Below, piece after piece: positions 18,532-28,916 of a stretch of DNA of 64,000 bases. Position numbers and translations under genes: made by a program. The DNA lies in the IMG/VR virus record IMGVR_UViG_3300028827_000102, positions 1 to 64,000 of that record. The stretch is one strand, 5' to 3'. This DNA comes from a virus. How positions within the stretch are numbered: the stretch's first letter is position 1; every line of letters begins with the position of its first letter. Under the pieces are notes generated by a model. It searched no databases and was not told where the DNA came from. It worked only from the letters and a program-made list of their open reading frames with translations.

Positions 18532-20231
18532 ATCAACTGTACCTCTATTTTTCCTTCTACTACTTGATCTCCGGATTGTATTAATTGGCCTATTGCTTTA
18601 CCAACCAAAGTGGTATGATCGTATGGTTCAGTGGCCAATACAGCACAACCATCTGGTCCAGCCATGAGCAATTCACCATTACCGTATATATTACCATATG
18701 CTGTACTGCATTTTGTAGGTACTATTCCAGTAACAGCTAATTTTACATAATGTTTATGCTTACGTATATTAGCTAATATTTTACTATTTGCTGTTACCTT
18801 TACTACTCTATCTAACACAATACTATAAATATTGTCAACCATTTTAACGTCAGTAATCTCAGCGTAGTCTGTTCCAATAAGTACATATGTTCCTATTTGT
18901 AATTTTTCTTGCACATATAATCTGTCTGTGTCTCCAAAATTTTTCACGCTTATCTGAAAACTATCCGTTTCATCGTACATTCTATTTTTTCCGAACACTA
19001 CTCCAGGTTGTGTGGCTACTACACCAGCTACACCTTTTGCCTTTATCGTATCAGATTTGGTATAAATACCATTTCTTATTATCATTACTGTACCAGGATC
19101 ATATGTATCGTCAGAAATAACTATTTCCGCTACGTCACCTCCAGTGGCATTAAATGAGGCTGTAGAATCTATATTTACATTACCTTGATTGTCTATATTA
19201 AAAACAGCGTTTGCACCGTACCAAACACGCATAGCATACCAACTAAACGCTGTATTGGAATCTGTGTATATCGTAAATATCTCCCCATTACTATCACGAT
19301 TCGCTCTGTCACGTAAATACAACACCGGAGATAATTTTGCCATAGAGGCAGAAGAATCTTTTCCTATAACAGCCAGTGTAGGATTATTATAATTACTAGG
19401 ATCGCTATAAAAAGGATCATCAGGTTGTACGCCTATCAACATCATCAATGCGTCATAATTAGATGGGTCATCGGCGGCAACATATAAACGAGGGTAGCCC
19501 AAACCGGCTTTGGCTTCTATCACATTATAATATTGCCCGGAGGTACCTGAATCAAAAGCACGTAAAACTAATCCATTACCGTTATCGTAATCACCTACAA
19601 TAAATTTTGCAGTAGACGGATCACTAGTAATATTTCTCCATCCCCCTACAGCTATATCATAACTGGGATGTCGAATCCATATATCTGTGGTTTTTATATC
19701 GAGCCCAGATTTTGCTGTTATTCGCGCCCCAGACGAAGATCCCCCTACAGCTCCATACCCACCATATAATGTGAGCAGATAATCAGATCCATCAGACCCA
19801 CAGGCTACTTCAGAGTTTACAGCACCACCCAGAACCGTTCTGGGTCCAACGGACATACGTACAACGGATTTAGGCGGAAGCACAGAAAACAGCTCTTCTC
19901 CTACAGTCAGAAGCTCTTTGTCTGGGTCTGTGACGTTTCCACTGCTCTGGTCTTGCGCTACACGGAAGTATCTTGGTTGTGTGGCATATCCATCATCATC
20001 ATTAGCATCAATAAATACAGTAAAATCTGTATCACTAGATATACTGTCTCCATTTGAAAATGATCCATACGATAAAGACGACAACAAATTATCTATGTCT
20101 GTTTCTGTAGCATCATTTTCAATGTTGAAAATCTTTTCTACATCGGCTGTTGAGCTAAGCAAGCCGCCAAATCTTAATGCTTTTACAGTGGCTTGTAATA
20201 TCTTTTCTGATGCTAATGGAATGGTGGACAC
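18528..20231 (-). CDS. Tail fibre/spike with a C-terminal intramolecular chaperone (Peptidase_G2-like autocleavage domain)
   Basis: GGDVAE...PGTVM...VAGVVATQPG...LAVTGIVPTK...GELLM pattern. Probable GTG start at 20231 after a GGAGGT RBS (the track starts at TTG 20249). Confidence 0.72.
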   Translation of the reverse strand: MSTIPLASEKILQATVKALRFGGLLSSTADVEKIFNIENDATETDIDNLLSSLSYGSFSNGDSISSDTDFTVFIDANDDDGYATQPRYFRVAQDQSSGNVTDPDKELLTVGEELFSVLPPKSVVRMSVGPRTVLGGAVNSEVACGSDGSDYLLTLYGGYGAVGGSSSGARITAKSGLDIKTTDIWIRHPSYDIAVGGWRNITSDPSTAKFIVGDYDNGNGLVLRAFDSGTSGQYYNVIEAKAGLGYPRLYVAADDPSNYDALMMLIGVQPDDPFYSDPSNYNNPTLAVIGKDSSASMAKLSPVLYLRDRANRDSNGEIFTIYTDSNTAFSWYAMRVWYGANAVFNIDNQGNVNIDSTASFNATGGDVAEIVISDDTYDPGTVMIIRNGIYTKSDTIKAKGVAGVVATQPGVVFGKNRMYDETDSFQISVKNFGDTDRLYVQEKLQIGTYVLIGTDYAEITDVKMVDNIYSIVLDRVVKVTANSKILANIRKHKHYVKLAVTGIVPTKCSTAYGNIYGNGELLMAGPDGCAVLATEPYDHTTLVGKAIGQLIQSGDQVVEGKIEVQLI

Positions 20232-20270
20232 AACTATACCTCCATACAAACTTGTTTCTAAACATTAATG

Positions 20271-20768
20271 TTAGTTAGGTGGTCTATGCTGTGCCCAGCG
20301 TAGGTTGCTTTCTAAATCGATTTGAAATTTCAATGACTTAAGAGCTGATCCTAATCTGCTTTGCGCTTGTTGACAGAGATCTATTATAACTGCCCACTCA
20401 TTTTTCACTACCATTAAATTGCGTACATATGTTGTAAGTATACGCTGCTGTGTTGGACCTGAAGCATTTTTCGCCAATTCTCCCGCATCCACTAGGGCAG
20501 ATACTACTATCGATTCTACCTTTGATATGCCCTGTAATGCTATTTTTGCGTCGTGGTGAATGGCTATTATTCTGTCTAATATACTTTCTATTTTTGCTAC
20601 AGATTCTTGTGCCTTTCTTACTGCATCGACGTCATCTGATGCTATAACTGTAGGTATGAGATGACCCACCTGCGTAGCTTCTTTTATACTGGAAGCCAAA
20701 GAAGTAAAATCAGCCCTAAATTTTTTTGCCTGCGCGTTTGCTTTTCTGATTATCTCATTTTGTTCCAT
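20271..20768 (-). CDS. Hypothetical helical protein
   Basis: 165-aa ORF overlapping the end of the helicase gene, GGAG RBS. Confidence 0.65.
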   Translation of the reverse strand: MEQNEIIRKANAQAKKFRADFTSLASSIKEATQVGHLIPTVIASDDVDAVRKAQESVAKIESILDRIIAIHHDAKIALQGISKVESIVVSALVDAGELAKNASGPTQQRILTTYVRNLMVVKNEWAVIIDLCQQAQSRLGSALKSLKFQIDLESNLRWAQHRPPN

Positions 20769-22705
20769 CTTACTGTGTCTCCCATTTCTAATAAATATCT
20801 GCTAGGTTCACACGAAAGTGTGTTTTTTCCCACCAACCTTATTCTTGGGTATGTTATTGTAAGATTTGTTTCCGCTCTCGTAATGGCTACAAAAAATACT
20901 CTTCTTTCTTCTTCTAGTAACGAAGTTATGTTTTCTGGTGCCATCATATCTGTTCCACGCAAAATAGGCATTATACCTTCTACAGCCCCCACCAAATACA
21001 CGGAGTCGAATTCTAGACCTTTAGCAGCATGTACGGTCATCATCATCACTTTGTTGTGTTCGTCTTCTCCTTTAGGTCTGGTTTGCATCATAGACGCATA
21101 TTCCAAAAAACCTAATACTCCTCTACCTATTTCTTTGTCGTAATCGTGTGCTGCTTGTATCATTTCGTGCATATCGTCTAGTTGTCTATTTTTTACATCA
21201 GGTTTATTTTTATCGAAACTAGCCTCCATGTCGGTAAGTTTTACTATCATTTCCACTATATCACCAACTTTTCGTTTATCTGCTTTTATAAGCTTGGTGA
21301 ATAGCACCTTCATATATTTTACAGCATTAAATGCATTGGATGACAAAATGTCTTCACATATATCCATATGCCTGAACATGTACAATAATGGTATATTTTT
21401 ATCGTTCGCCACTTTACTAAATTTGGCAAAACTGGCGGCACCAAAACCACGTCTTGGCTTGTTATATATACGAGTGAAACTTATGTCATCTCTTGGATTA
21501 ATGGATAAAGACAAATACGCTAATATATCTTTTACGACGGCTCTATGAAAAAATCCCTTTGCTCCTATTATTATATACGGTACATTACGTTTTATGCATG
21601 CTTCTTCTAACCATCTGTGTTGGTTACGTGTACGAAATAAAATAGCATGGTCTCTCCATTTTTTTCCATTTCGCACAGCAGCACAAATATCAGTGATTAC
21701 AAGATTAGCTTCATCTCTTTGTGTTTCACATTCATATATTATCGGTTTTTTGCCTCCGGTTTTATTAGCCTTACTTGTTTTTTCTATACGTCTTGCGTTA
21801 TGTTGTATTACCGCATTGGCCGCTTCTACTATTGGGGGCGTAGATCTGAAATTTGTTTGCAACAAGTAAATTTTTGCTTCAGGAAAAGACGTAAAAAAGT
21901 TGTCTTCGTTTTCTCTAGATTCTGCGCCTCTCCAACCATAAATAGATTGATCCAAATCACCTACTACAAAAATATTACGTCTTATATGTGATAACCAATA
22001 AATTAGCTCAAACTGCGCATGGTTGGTATCCTGAAATTCGTCTACCAATAGATAATGAATAGCCTTTGCAAAGCTATTCTGCATGCGTTTATCATTTCTA
22101 ATACGAAGCGTAAATAACATGATCATATCATCAAAATCGACCATGTTATTTGCACCCAGTAATCTTTGGTATTCTCTGTAATAAAGATATGCTTTCTCGC
22201 TATATTCTTCGTGGTCTTTTATTTCATCAGGAAGTAGCAGTCTATTCTTTGCTTTTGATATTTCTGCTTTTAGTATATCTAGATTAAGGTCGCTCTTTTT
22301 TATGTCTTTATCGGTGGTTCCTTCTACTATGGCTACAGCATGTATGAATATAGTATCAGAATCAGATTCATCAGCAATTGTGAAATTCTTCGATAATCCG
22401 AAGAATTTATGATATTTGCGTAATAGTCTACAACAGTAGCTATGGAATGTAGATAGAGTAATATCTTTTCCCTTTTTACCTACCAAAGATATCACTCTAT
22501 CTTTCATTTCTTTAGCCGCTTTATTGGTAAACGTTATTCCTACTATTTTTGTCGGATCGGTCCCATTTTGTATCAACCAGGCAATACGCCTAGTTATAGT
22601 CATAGTTTTTCCGCTTCCGGGGGCAGCGGATACAATAGCTGGCCCATTAGCATGCAAAATAGCTGCACGCTGTTCTTCTGTTGTCCCAGCTAAAAGATTT
22701 GACAT
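20750..22705 (-). CDS. uvrD: UvrD/PcrA/Rep family SF1 DNA helicase
   Basis: AAPGSGKT, TFTNKAA, VDEFQDTN, VGDLDQSIYGWRGA, NFRST, TVHAAKGLEF, EERRVFFVAITRA. Confidence 0.96.
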   Translation of the reverse strand: MSNLLAGTTEEQRAAILHANGPAIVSAAPGSGKTMTITRRIAWLIQNGTDPTKIVGITFTNKAAKEMKDRVISLVGKKGKDITLSTFHSYCCRLLRKYHKFFGLSKNFTIADESDSDTIFIHAVAIVEGTTDKDIKKSDLNLDILKAEISKAKNRLLLPDEIKDHEEYSEKAYLYYREYQRLLGANNMVDFDDMIMLFTLRIRNDKRMQNSFAKAIHYLLVDEFQDTNHAQFELIYWLSHIRRNIFVVGDLDQSIYGWRGAESRENEDNFFTSFPEAKIYLLQTNFRSTPPIVEAANAVIQHNARRIEKTSKANKTGGKKPIIYECETQRDEANLVITDICAAVRNGKKWRDHAILFRTRNQHRWLEEACIKRNVPYIIIGAKGFFHRAVVKDILAYLSLSINPRDDISFTRIYNKPRRGFGAASFAKFSKVANDKNIPLLYMFRHMDICEDILSSNAFNAVKYMKVLFTKLIKADKRKVGDIVEMIVKLTDMEASFDKNKPDVKNRQLDDMHEMIQAAHDYDKEIGRGVLGFLEYASMMQTRPKGEDEHNKVMMMTVHAAKGLEFDSVYLVGAVEGIMPILRGTDMMAPENITSLLEEERRVFFVAITRAETNLTITYPRIRLVGKNTLSCEPSRYLLEMGDTVRWNKMR

Positions 22706-22712
22706 GTATCTA

Positions 22713-23060
22713 TTACCTTATGCCCATACTAATCTCTATGCGACGTATAGCATCACGTAGATCATCAATGTTCATACCTGTGGGCTTATACCCACGCAAC
22801 TCCTTAAATCGTCGCTTTAGTTTACGCATTTCTATCTCTGTATCAGAAAGATCTTTTGGCCTTACTCTGGGTTTATTATTATCATCGAGCAAAATAAATG
22901 TATTTTCTTTTGCTACCTTTGCTCTGTGCCTTTCTTCGATATCATCTGAAATAATATCATCTTCATCGAAGTCGATTCGTACCTTTTTTTCTGATTTCAC
23001 CATCATCTTAGGTACATCATTATCAAATTCATCATTGTGTCTACGTCGCTTTGCTGCCAC
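22713..23060 (-). CDS. Hypothetical charged protein
   Basis: Probable GTG start at 23060 after GGAGG; co-oriented. Confidence 0.6.
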   Translation of the reverse strand: MAAKRRRHNDEFDNDVPKMMVKSEKKVRIDFDEDDIISDDIEERHRAKVAKENTFILLDDNNKPRVRPKDLSDTEIEMRKLKRRFKELRGYKPTGMNIDDLRDAIRRIEISMGIR

Positions 23061-23072
23061 TTTTTCCTCCAA

Positions 23073-23600
23073 TCATGTTCCATCTTTCCACACGCCTTTG
23101 AAGTGTATGTACGTACTAGCGTCTGGAAATTTGTCGTTAAAGTGTGCTTCTACATGTTTTCTGCACACAACCAAAAAATCATCACCAAATTTCAAAACTC
23201 TAATGTTTGCGTCATTGTATTCTATTGTTGGTATAATTTTTTCTATACCATTACTGTAAATAAGCGCTATATAAGCAGGAAACCATTTTATTACGGGATT
23301 ATCGGCATATAATATAACGTACCCTATTATTCTTCTTTTTATTCTTTTTGCGTATATACCTATCAGCCATATATATCTTGACTGAACTAGTGTAGTAAAT
23401 TCTATACTCTCTGCACTGGTAAATTCACCTATTTTTATAGCATATGTATGCGATGTTACTTTTGCTATTACATATGGAAATAAACCATCCCATTGTTGTT
23501 TTATCGCTTCATGTAATTTATCTAATTTTGTGTCACCACCATATAATCCACCATACCCGCCTCCGTTTTCATTATCAGATACAGGTACATTCCGTTCCAT
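23073..23600 (-). CDS. Hypothetical protein (start uncertain)
   Basis: ORF fills the space between the clamp gene and the downstream gene. Confidence 0.55.
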   Translation of the reverse strand: MERNVPVSDNENGGGYGGLYGGDTKLDKLHEAIKQQWDGLFPYVIAKVTSHTYAIKIGEFTSAESIEFTTLVQSRYIWLIGIYAKRIKRRIIGYVILYADNPVIKWFPAYIALIYSNGIEKIIPTIEYNDANIRVLKFGDDFLVVCRKHVEAHFNDKFPDASTYIHFKGVWKDGT

Positions 23601-24625
23601 ACTTCTATCCTTGTCTCCAACCCGCCTGGAGCGGCTTTTACAAATTCATTTACGTATTCTATATTAAATGTCACAGGTGACGTGGTATGTGCATCTATTT
23701 CTGATGCATCTATTTTATGGTTAACAGAATGATTGTTTCCTACCGCAGACATATACATATTTCCATTTCTCGCTACTAGCGCAACTTCAGCTTCGTTTTT
23801 GTAAATAGGCATAATAGCTGCAATAGCCTTTTGTATTTCCGCAGGAGACACCACAAATGAAAAGGTTTTTTCTCCTGCTTTACACTTTTTAATTACTTCG
23901 TCGTCTATATTTACAACATTACCTGTAGTACACGGACAAAGAACATACATATCTTTGGTTTTAAATGATACCAAAGATGCATCTTTGTTTGTCCCTACCG
24001 TAATTGAACCGTCACCAGCGTCTTTTAGTAATAACCTCAGCACAGAATTAGCAATTAATACAGTAAGACTTGTTTTTGCTTGTATAGCATCATCGTTTAG
24101 TATATATCTACCGTAACTGATATAGTCTCTGCTAACATATTCAATATTTCCGTTGTGTATCGTTATTTGTGTTATTTGGTCGCCAGTTTGTGTTCTAAAT
24201 TCGGTGGTTTTTGTTGCCGCCTGAAACAACGATACAGGCATCTTTGCCAGTGTTTTAACCTTTTTTCTATCTTCCTTGTGTGCTTCAATAGACGATTCAG
24301 CAGAAACATCTACAGAAAATGACCATTTAGAGCTACCACAAGAAATAAGCATTTTGTCATCGTTGGTATCTATAATCACGTTTCCTTTTAGTGGAAGTGA
24401 CTCTATGTCTTTCATATTACAAAATATTCTTCCTGGACGTAATACGGTAACTGGAATTGTTCTATGTACAAACATGCCAGCAAATGCTGCTGCTATATGT
24501 AGCGAAGTATTTTTCTCCGTTACTATAAGCTCACAAGCCCGTTGGTCTGTCTTATCTATGGTAAATATAGCATTAATAGACTTCAATGCTTTTTTTATAT
24601 CTTTCGCTTTGACTTTGCACTTCAT
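23522..24625 (-). CDS. dnaN: DNA polymerase III beta-type sliding clamp
   Basis: 367 aa with three repeated clamp-like alpha/beta domains; C-terminal VTFNIEYVNEFVKAA and terminal YMVV resemble FNxxYLxD..L and the last strand of beta clamps; replication context. Confidence 0.78.
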   Translation of the reverse strand: MKCKVKAKDIKKALKSINAIFTIDKTDQRACELIVTEKNTSLHIAAAFAGMFVHRTIPVTVLRPGRIFCNMKDIESLPLKGNVIIDTNDDKMLISCGSSKWSFSVDVSAESSIEAHKEDRKKVKTLAKMPVSLFQAATKTTEFRTQTGDQITQITIHNGNIEYVSRDYISYGRYILNDDAIQAKTSLTVLIANSVLRLLLKDAGDGSITVGTNKDASLVSFKTKDMYVLCPCTTGNVVNIDDEVIKKCKAGEKTFSFVVSPAEIQKAIAAIMPIYKNEAEVALVARNGNMYMSAVGNNHSVNHKIDASEIDAHTTSPVTFNIEYVNEFVKAAPGGLETRIEVWNGMYLYLIMKTEAGMVDYMVVTQN

Positions 24626-24631
24626 AGCTAT

Positions 24632-25465
24632 CTATCCAGATATTGTTCTGGCCTCTATTTCTGAAATGTTGGCAATAGACATAAGTTTATTTGGATCACC
24701 AGTAAATCTCTTTTTTTGGACTTTTATGTGCTTCCAAGCTGATATTATTGCAGCATTTTGTTTAATGGTATTTAAGTTATCGAGTATAGCTTTTTGCTGT
24801 TTATGAGTAAGCCAAGATGAGCCTTGTACTGTTTCTTCTAATTTATCTACATTGCCAGATTCATTTACCAGCTTCAGTATCACCTTTTTACTCATTCTAG
24901 GTACAGCTTTAGGTATATCATCAGACACGTCTCCTGTCAATGCTTTTAATAGTACTACTTGGTCAGGCCATACACCTAATATTCGTTTGCATGTATATGA
25001 ATCTACCATAATCTGTTTTCCTTTTATGGTAGCATAAACACGCACCCCATTTGTTATATTTTGCCATATGTCACGGTCATTTGATACCACTATTATATCT
25101 TTTTCCTCATTGTTTTTAACATAGATAGCAATGGCATCATCCGCTTCTCCTTTAGGGGCCATTATAATGGTACAATTGCAACAAGAAATAATCTTTTTCG
25201 CTTTGCTTCTAGCCCAAGCAAATTCTTTAGTAGGACGAATTCTTCTTATCTTGTACCTATCAAATATTTTTCTTCTTTCTAACGTACCAGAACCTTCCAA
25301 TGCAAAGACAAAGTACCTGCCCGGAAACTTTTTTCTATAATTTAGCAACATTTGAATGAATAAAGGAGTGAACTTATCTATATTTCCAGCAACGGATAAA
25401 GCTCTGGCCACGACATTAGCCAAGTCGTATACAACGACCCCTTCTTGTGTAAATAATCCAACCAT
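24632..25465 (-). CDS. 5'-3' exonuclease / flap endonuclease (Pol I N-terminal domain-like)
   Basis: YDLANV, RRKIFDRYK, GEADDAIA, VSNDRDIWQ, KALTGDVSDDIP motifs. Confidence 0.92.
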   Translation of the reverse strand: MVGLFTQEGVVVYDLANVVARALSVAGNIDKFTPLFIQMLLNYRKKFPGRYFVFALEGSGTLERRKIFDRYKIRRIRPTKEFAWARSKAKKIISCCNCTIIMAPKGEADDAIAIYVKNNEEKDIIVVSNDRDIWQNITNGVRVYATIKGKQIMVDSYTCKRILGVWPDQVVLLKALTGDVSDDIPKAVPRMSKKVILKLVNESGNVDKLEETVQGSSWLTHKQQKAILDNLNTIKQNAAIISAWKHIKVQKKRFTGDPNKLMSIANISEIEARTISG

Positions 25466-26844
25466 TATATATCTATATCATCTATTTGTTTGTTTGTTTT
25501 TTGTTTCATTCTACTCATAGTAGAAGTGTCAAATCTACTAACAGGGCTGATGGAATCACCAAAACGTACACTCATGGTAGGCATATCAAACGTGGCCTGT
25601 ATATAACCACGCGCTGCGTTGCGTGCTTTGGCTAGTTTGATCTCTGTCTGTCCACCACGCGCCACTTCTTCGTCACCATATTTCCACCATAACCACCAGT
25701 CTGCATCTTCTTCTGGCCCGCGTCCGTATTTCACACGTTCATTGTCTGATAGCTGTGTAAGCAACACTATGACGGTATTCAATTCTTTGGCTAGCTGTTT
25801 AAAGAACCTGCTGTATTCTTTTTGCGCCAACCATAAGTCCCTTCCACCAGAAGAAAATAGTGTGAGATAATCTATCCATATACAATCATACCCAAACGGT
25901 AACACGGTTTTCTTCAAATCTGTCGGCTTACAGGCAGCATCCGATACATCCCATATAGTTAACTTCCCGCCCTTTTTAGCGTTATTTATAAATTCATACC
26001 ATTTATTCGTTAGACTTTTAATATATTCAATATTGTTCTTTTTTCTTACACGCACATCAACGAACAACTCACCAGTTGCGGAAGCCAACATACGTTCTAT
26101 AAGCTGATCTCTGGACATTTCTAACGACCACAGCGCCACATTCAACCCATGTGTAGCAAACTGCTTGGTGGCTGCTTGTAGCATCATTGCGGTCTTCCCG
26201 CCACCACGAGGAGCTGATACCAGCACCAGATCTCCGCGCACAGCTCCACGTACTTCTTCATCCAAAGCATCTATACCAAACTCAACGAAGCGTTTTTCTT
26301 CTACCTCCATGATTTTTCTAACCAGCTTATCAGCTGATTTTTCGCTCATTTTTGATACTATTGTTATTGATCTTACCGCTTCACTTTGTTTAGTTGTTTG
26401 TGCCAAATCATCCAATAAAGCATTTACTTGAGCGAATTCCTCTTCACCATAAGTACCTTCTTTTAATATACTTATAACTGACTGTAAAGATTCGTATACT
26501 TTTCTGGCTTTTTTGTACTGTTTCAGCTGGCTTATCATCAACTTCAGCTTATTTATATCGACAGCACGACAATAATTTAATTCTCTACTTTTTACAGATG
26601 TTAACAGTAAACGGGCTTTTTGCGACAAACCAGGGTCATCGGTCATATCTTCCAAAGCAGAAGGAAGTTTGCCAATCTCCAGTCTTTTTTCTAGCCTTCT
26701 TCTTATCTCATTGCATACTTTATTTGCAAAGTCGTTCGTTTCCGTTAGTGATAACGCAGCTATACGAATTTTTTTATCTTTATTTGCTATAGCTGTTACC
26801 AGAACTCTACGTTCTACCCCTATATTTATTAAAGAATTTCCCAT
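25465..26844 (-). CDS. dnaB: Replicative DnaB-like helicase
   Basis: GDLVLVSAPRGGGKT (Walker A), WSLEMS, IWIDYL, KQLAKELN, LTQLS, EEDAD, AKARN. Confidence 0.93.
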   Translation of the reverse strand: MGNSLINIGVERRVLVTAIANKDKKIRIAALSLTETNDFANKVCNEIRRRLEKRLEIGKLPSALEDMTDDPGLSQKARLLLTSVKSRELNYCRAVDINKLKLMISQLKQYKKARKVYESLQSVISILKEGTYGEEEFAQVNALLDDLAQTTKQSEAVRSITIVSKMSEKSADKLVRKIMEVEEKRFVEFGIDALDEEVRGAVRGDLVLVSAPRGGGKTAMMLQAATKQFATHGLNVALWSLEMSRDQLIERMLASATGELFVDVRVRKKNNIEYIKSLTNKWYEFINNAKKGGKLTIWDVSDAACKPTDLKKTVLPFGYDCIWIDYLTLFSSGGRDLWLAQKEYSRFFKQLAKELNTVIVLLTQLSDNERVKYGRGPEEDADWWLWWKYGDEEVARGGQTEIKLAKARNAARGYIQATFDMPTMSVRFGDSISPVSRFDTSTMSRMKQKTNKQIDDIDI

Positions 26845-27380
26845 TATTTACAGTCTACTAGAAAGTGCATATCAACAGACATGCACAATTTTTGAGTGGA
26901 AAATTTTACTGGATTTGGACATCCAGATACAGCCAATATACACATACTATATCTAAATCTAAATATGGCGTCTCTGATAGCCTGTAATCTTTCGGTGGTA
27001 GCATTATCAATAATATTATAAATAATTACCAATGATGGTGCTTTTTTCCAGGCGTGTAAATTCTGTGAATCTAACCATAAGAACGAATTGCCTGTCTGAC
27101 GGACACGCTCTTGTACTATAGCCGAAGAAAGTAATAAAGCTGCTGTATCTGTGCGTTTGCTAGCTATTATCGATACACCCCGTTTGTGTGCCGTTGCTAT
27201 ACTGCGGGCATCTGTACGTTGTTTGGCTACTGTTATAATAGATCTTCCATGTTTTATAGCGCTAAAACGTACGGATGAAAAAGAAGCTCCCCAATACTGT
27301 GGAGGAATATTATGTTTTGCCAACATCACTTCAAAAGAAGTGCGTGCCTTAAATTTGTCTTCTATTTCTTGAGAGAACAT
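26844..27380 (-). CDS. DnaC/IstB-like helicase-loader homologue with degenerate ATPase motifs
   Basis: NIPPQYWGASF resembles IPxRYxxASF; LLLSSAIVQE sits where HLAxAI follows Walker A; coupled to dnaB; no GKT. Confidence 0.5.
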   Translation of the reverse strand: MFSQEIEDKFKARTSFEVMLAKHNIPPQYWGASFSSVRFSAIKHGRSIITVAKQRTDARSIATAHKRGVSIIASKRTDTAALLLSSAIVQERVRQTGNSFLWLDSQNLHAWKKAPSLVIIYNIIDNATTERLQAIRDAIFRFRYSMCILAVSGCPNPVKFSTQKLCMSVDMHFLVDCK

Positions 27381-27401
27381 AATGTATTTGTCAATAATGT
27401 T

Positions 27402-28916
27402 TTACTTTTTTCTTTTCTTTCTCCACAAACCTGTTTTCATGGCCATTCTTCGGGAGTCTTCCTCTTCTATGTCCCATCCTTCTTTATTACAGTATCTTTT
27501 TAGATTTTTTGCTGCTCCTGACAATTGTCCTCCTTCGCTAACATATACACGTATCAATGGAAATGGTTTTCCTTCTTGAGGTCGTCTAGTACGACCAAAA
27601 AACTGCTGCATAGTTATTTCATCGTTTACAGGAGTAACCAAATGCATACAGTCAAGAGGATCGATTGATACCATAGCTTTTAGCACTTTTCCTGCACAAA
27701 TACAACGGTACTTTTTTCCTTTTGCCACTTCTTTGTATATCTCATCTCTTTTAGCTTTTTTTACTTTTCCGTCCACATAAGCGACTTTATATCCTTCTTG
27801 TCTAAGCCTGTCACGTATTTTTTTAACTATAGATAATCTTAACCCAACCACCGCAACCAGTCTACCATTGTCGATATCTTCCATCACTTTTTTTACAATC
27901 AGATCGTTTCTGTATTCGTCCTGTTCCAATAGTTGGTGTAATTTATTCCATTTCCACTGCCTACTGTATGGAGTACGACCATCTAACCACGATGGAACTA
28001 CAAATCCGTCCTTTATAAAAGTAACCTGTGGCCGCATTTGGTCCACTTCTGCTTCAGCAACAATACCTCCAAGATGCCAAAGAGCAAGTTGTTCGCGTCT
28101 GTCGTTTCTCTTTATTGTAGCTGTCAACCCCAACCACGATAAAGGGTTCCATAAAGACAATACTCTAAAAAATTCTTGTGACACTAATTCATGTATCTCA
28201 TCACATATGATAAAACCAAAGTGGTTCTGGTGTCTTATCAATGATTCATAACCAGATTTATGTAAAAATGTTTGTATGGTAGATACAGCTATATCAGGCT
28301 GTTTGTCTTTGTTTGGATCGTATTTTCCAATAATCTTTCTGTTAAGCTTTTTTTCTATTTTATCTATATTTGTATGCTTACGGAATTCTGGTACCCAATG
28401 CGGTTCTACATCTTTTCTAGCTGCTAATACTAAAGTGCGAAGTCCTAAACGAACCGCTGTGGCTATACCCATAACAGTTTTACCTGATCCGGTTTTTGCT
28501 ATTATTATGCCTGATCCTTTTTTCAGAAATTTGTCAACACATTGTTTTTGGTATGTATTCCATCTATCATCTGCCAGCGTAGCCTTGTTCATCTTAAAAC
28601 GAAAAGACAGTGGACATACAGACCTTACATCTATCGCTTTTCTTACAAATTCATACAAATTTGTACAGTTTCCACGAGGAAAACCAATGTAATCTTGTCC
28701 TATGCCTGATAATATACTTCTAGTGCCTACAATGGTATGCTGTATTTCTTTTCTTTCTAGTTTTGGCTTGCCTGCGTTGTCCAGTACAACTAAACCATCA
28801 TCACCTATTTTACTGTCTGTATAGTATTGTGTCCAATTGATTGTGTATCTAGACAACATATCCGCAGTAACATCATGTCTTGGTATAAATAATCTATTTC
28901 CAAGTAGTACATTCAT
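27402..28916 (-). CDS. Superfamily 2 helicase (UvsW/XPB-like)
   Basis: YQKQ, AKTGSGKT, ICDEIH, LGLTAT, QFFGRTRR. Confidence 0.9.
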   Translation of the reverse strand: MNVLLGNRLFIPRHDVTADMLSRYTINWTQYYTDSKIGDDGLVVLDNAGKPKLERKEIQHTIVGTRSILSGIGQDYIGFPRGNCTNLYEFVRKAIDVRSVCPLSFRFKMNKATLADDRWNTYQKQCVDKFLKKGSGIIIAKTGSGKTVMGIATAVRLGLRTLVLAARKDVEPHWVPEFRKHTNIDKIEKKLNRKIIGKYDPNKDKQPDIAVSTIQTFLHKSGYESLIRHQNHFGFIICDEIHELVSQEFFRVLSLWNPLSWLGLTATIKRNDRREQLALWHLGGIVAEAEVDQMRPQVTFIKDGFVVPSWLDGRTPYSRQWKWNKLHQLLEQDEYRNDLIVKKVMEDIDNGRLVAVVGLRLSIVKKIRDRLRQEGYKVAYVDGKVKKAKRDEIYKEVAKGKKYRCICAGKVLKAMVSIDPLDCMHLVTPVNDEITMQQFFGRTRRPQEGKPFPLIRVYVSEGGQLSGAAKNLKRYCNKEGWDIEEEDSRRMAMKTGLWRKKRKK

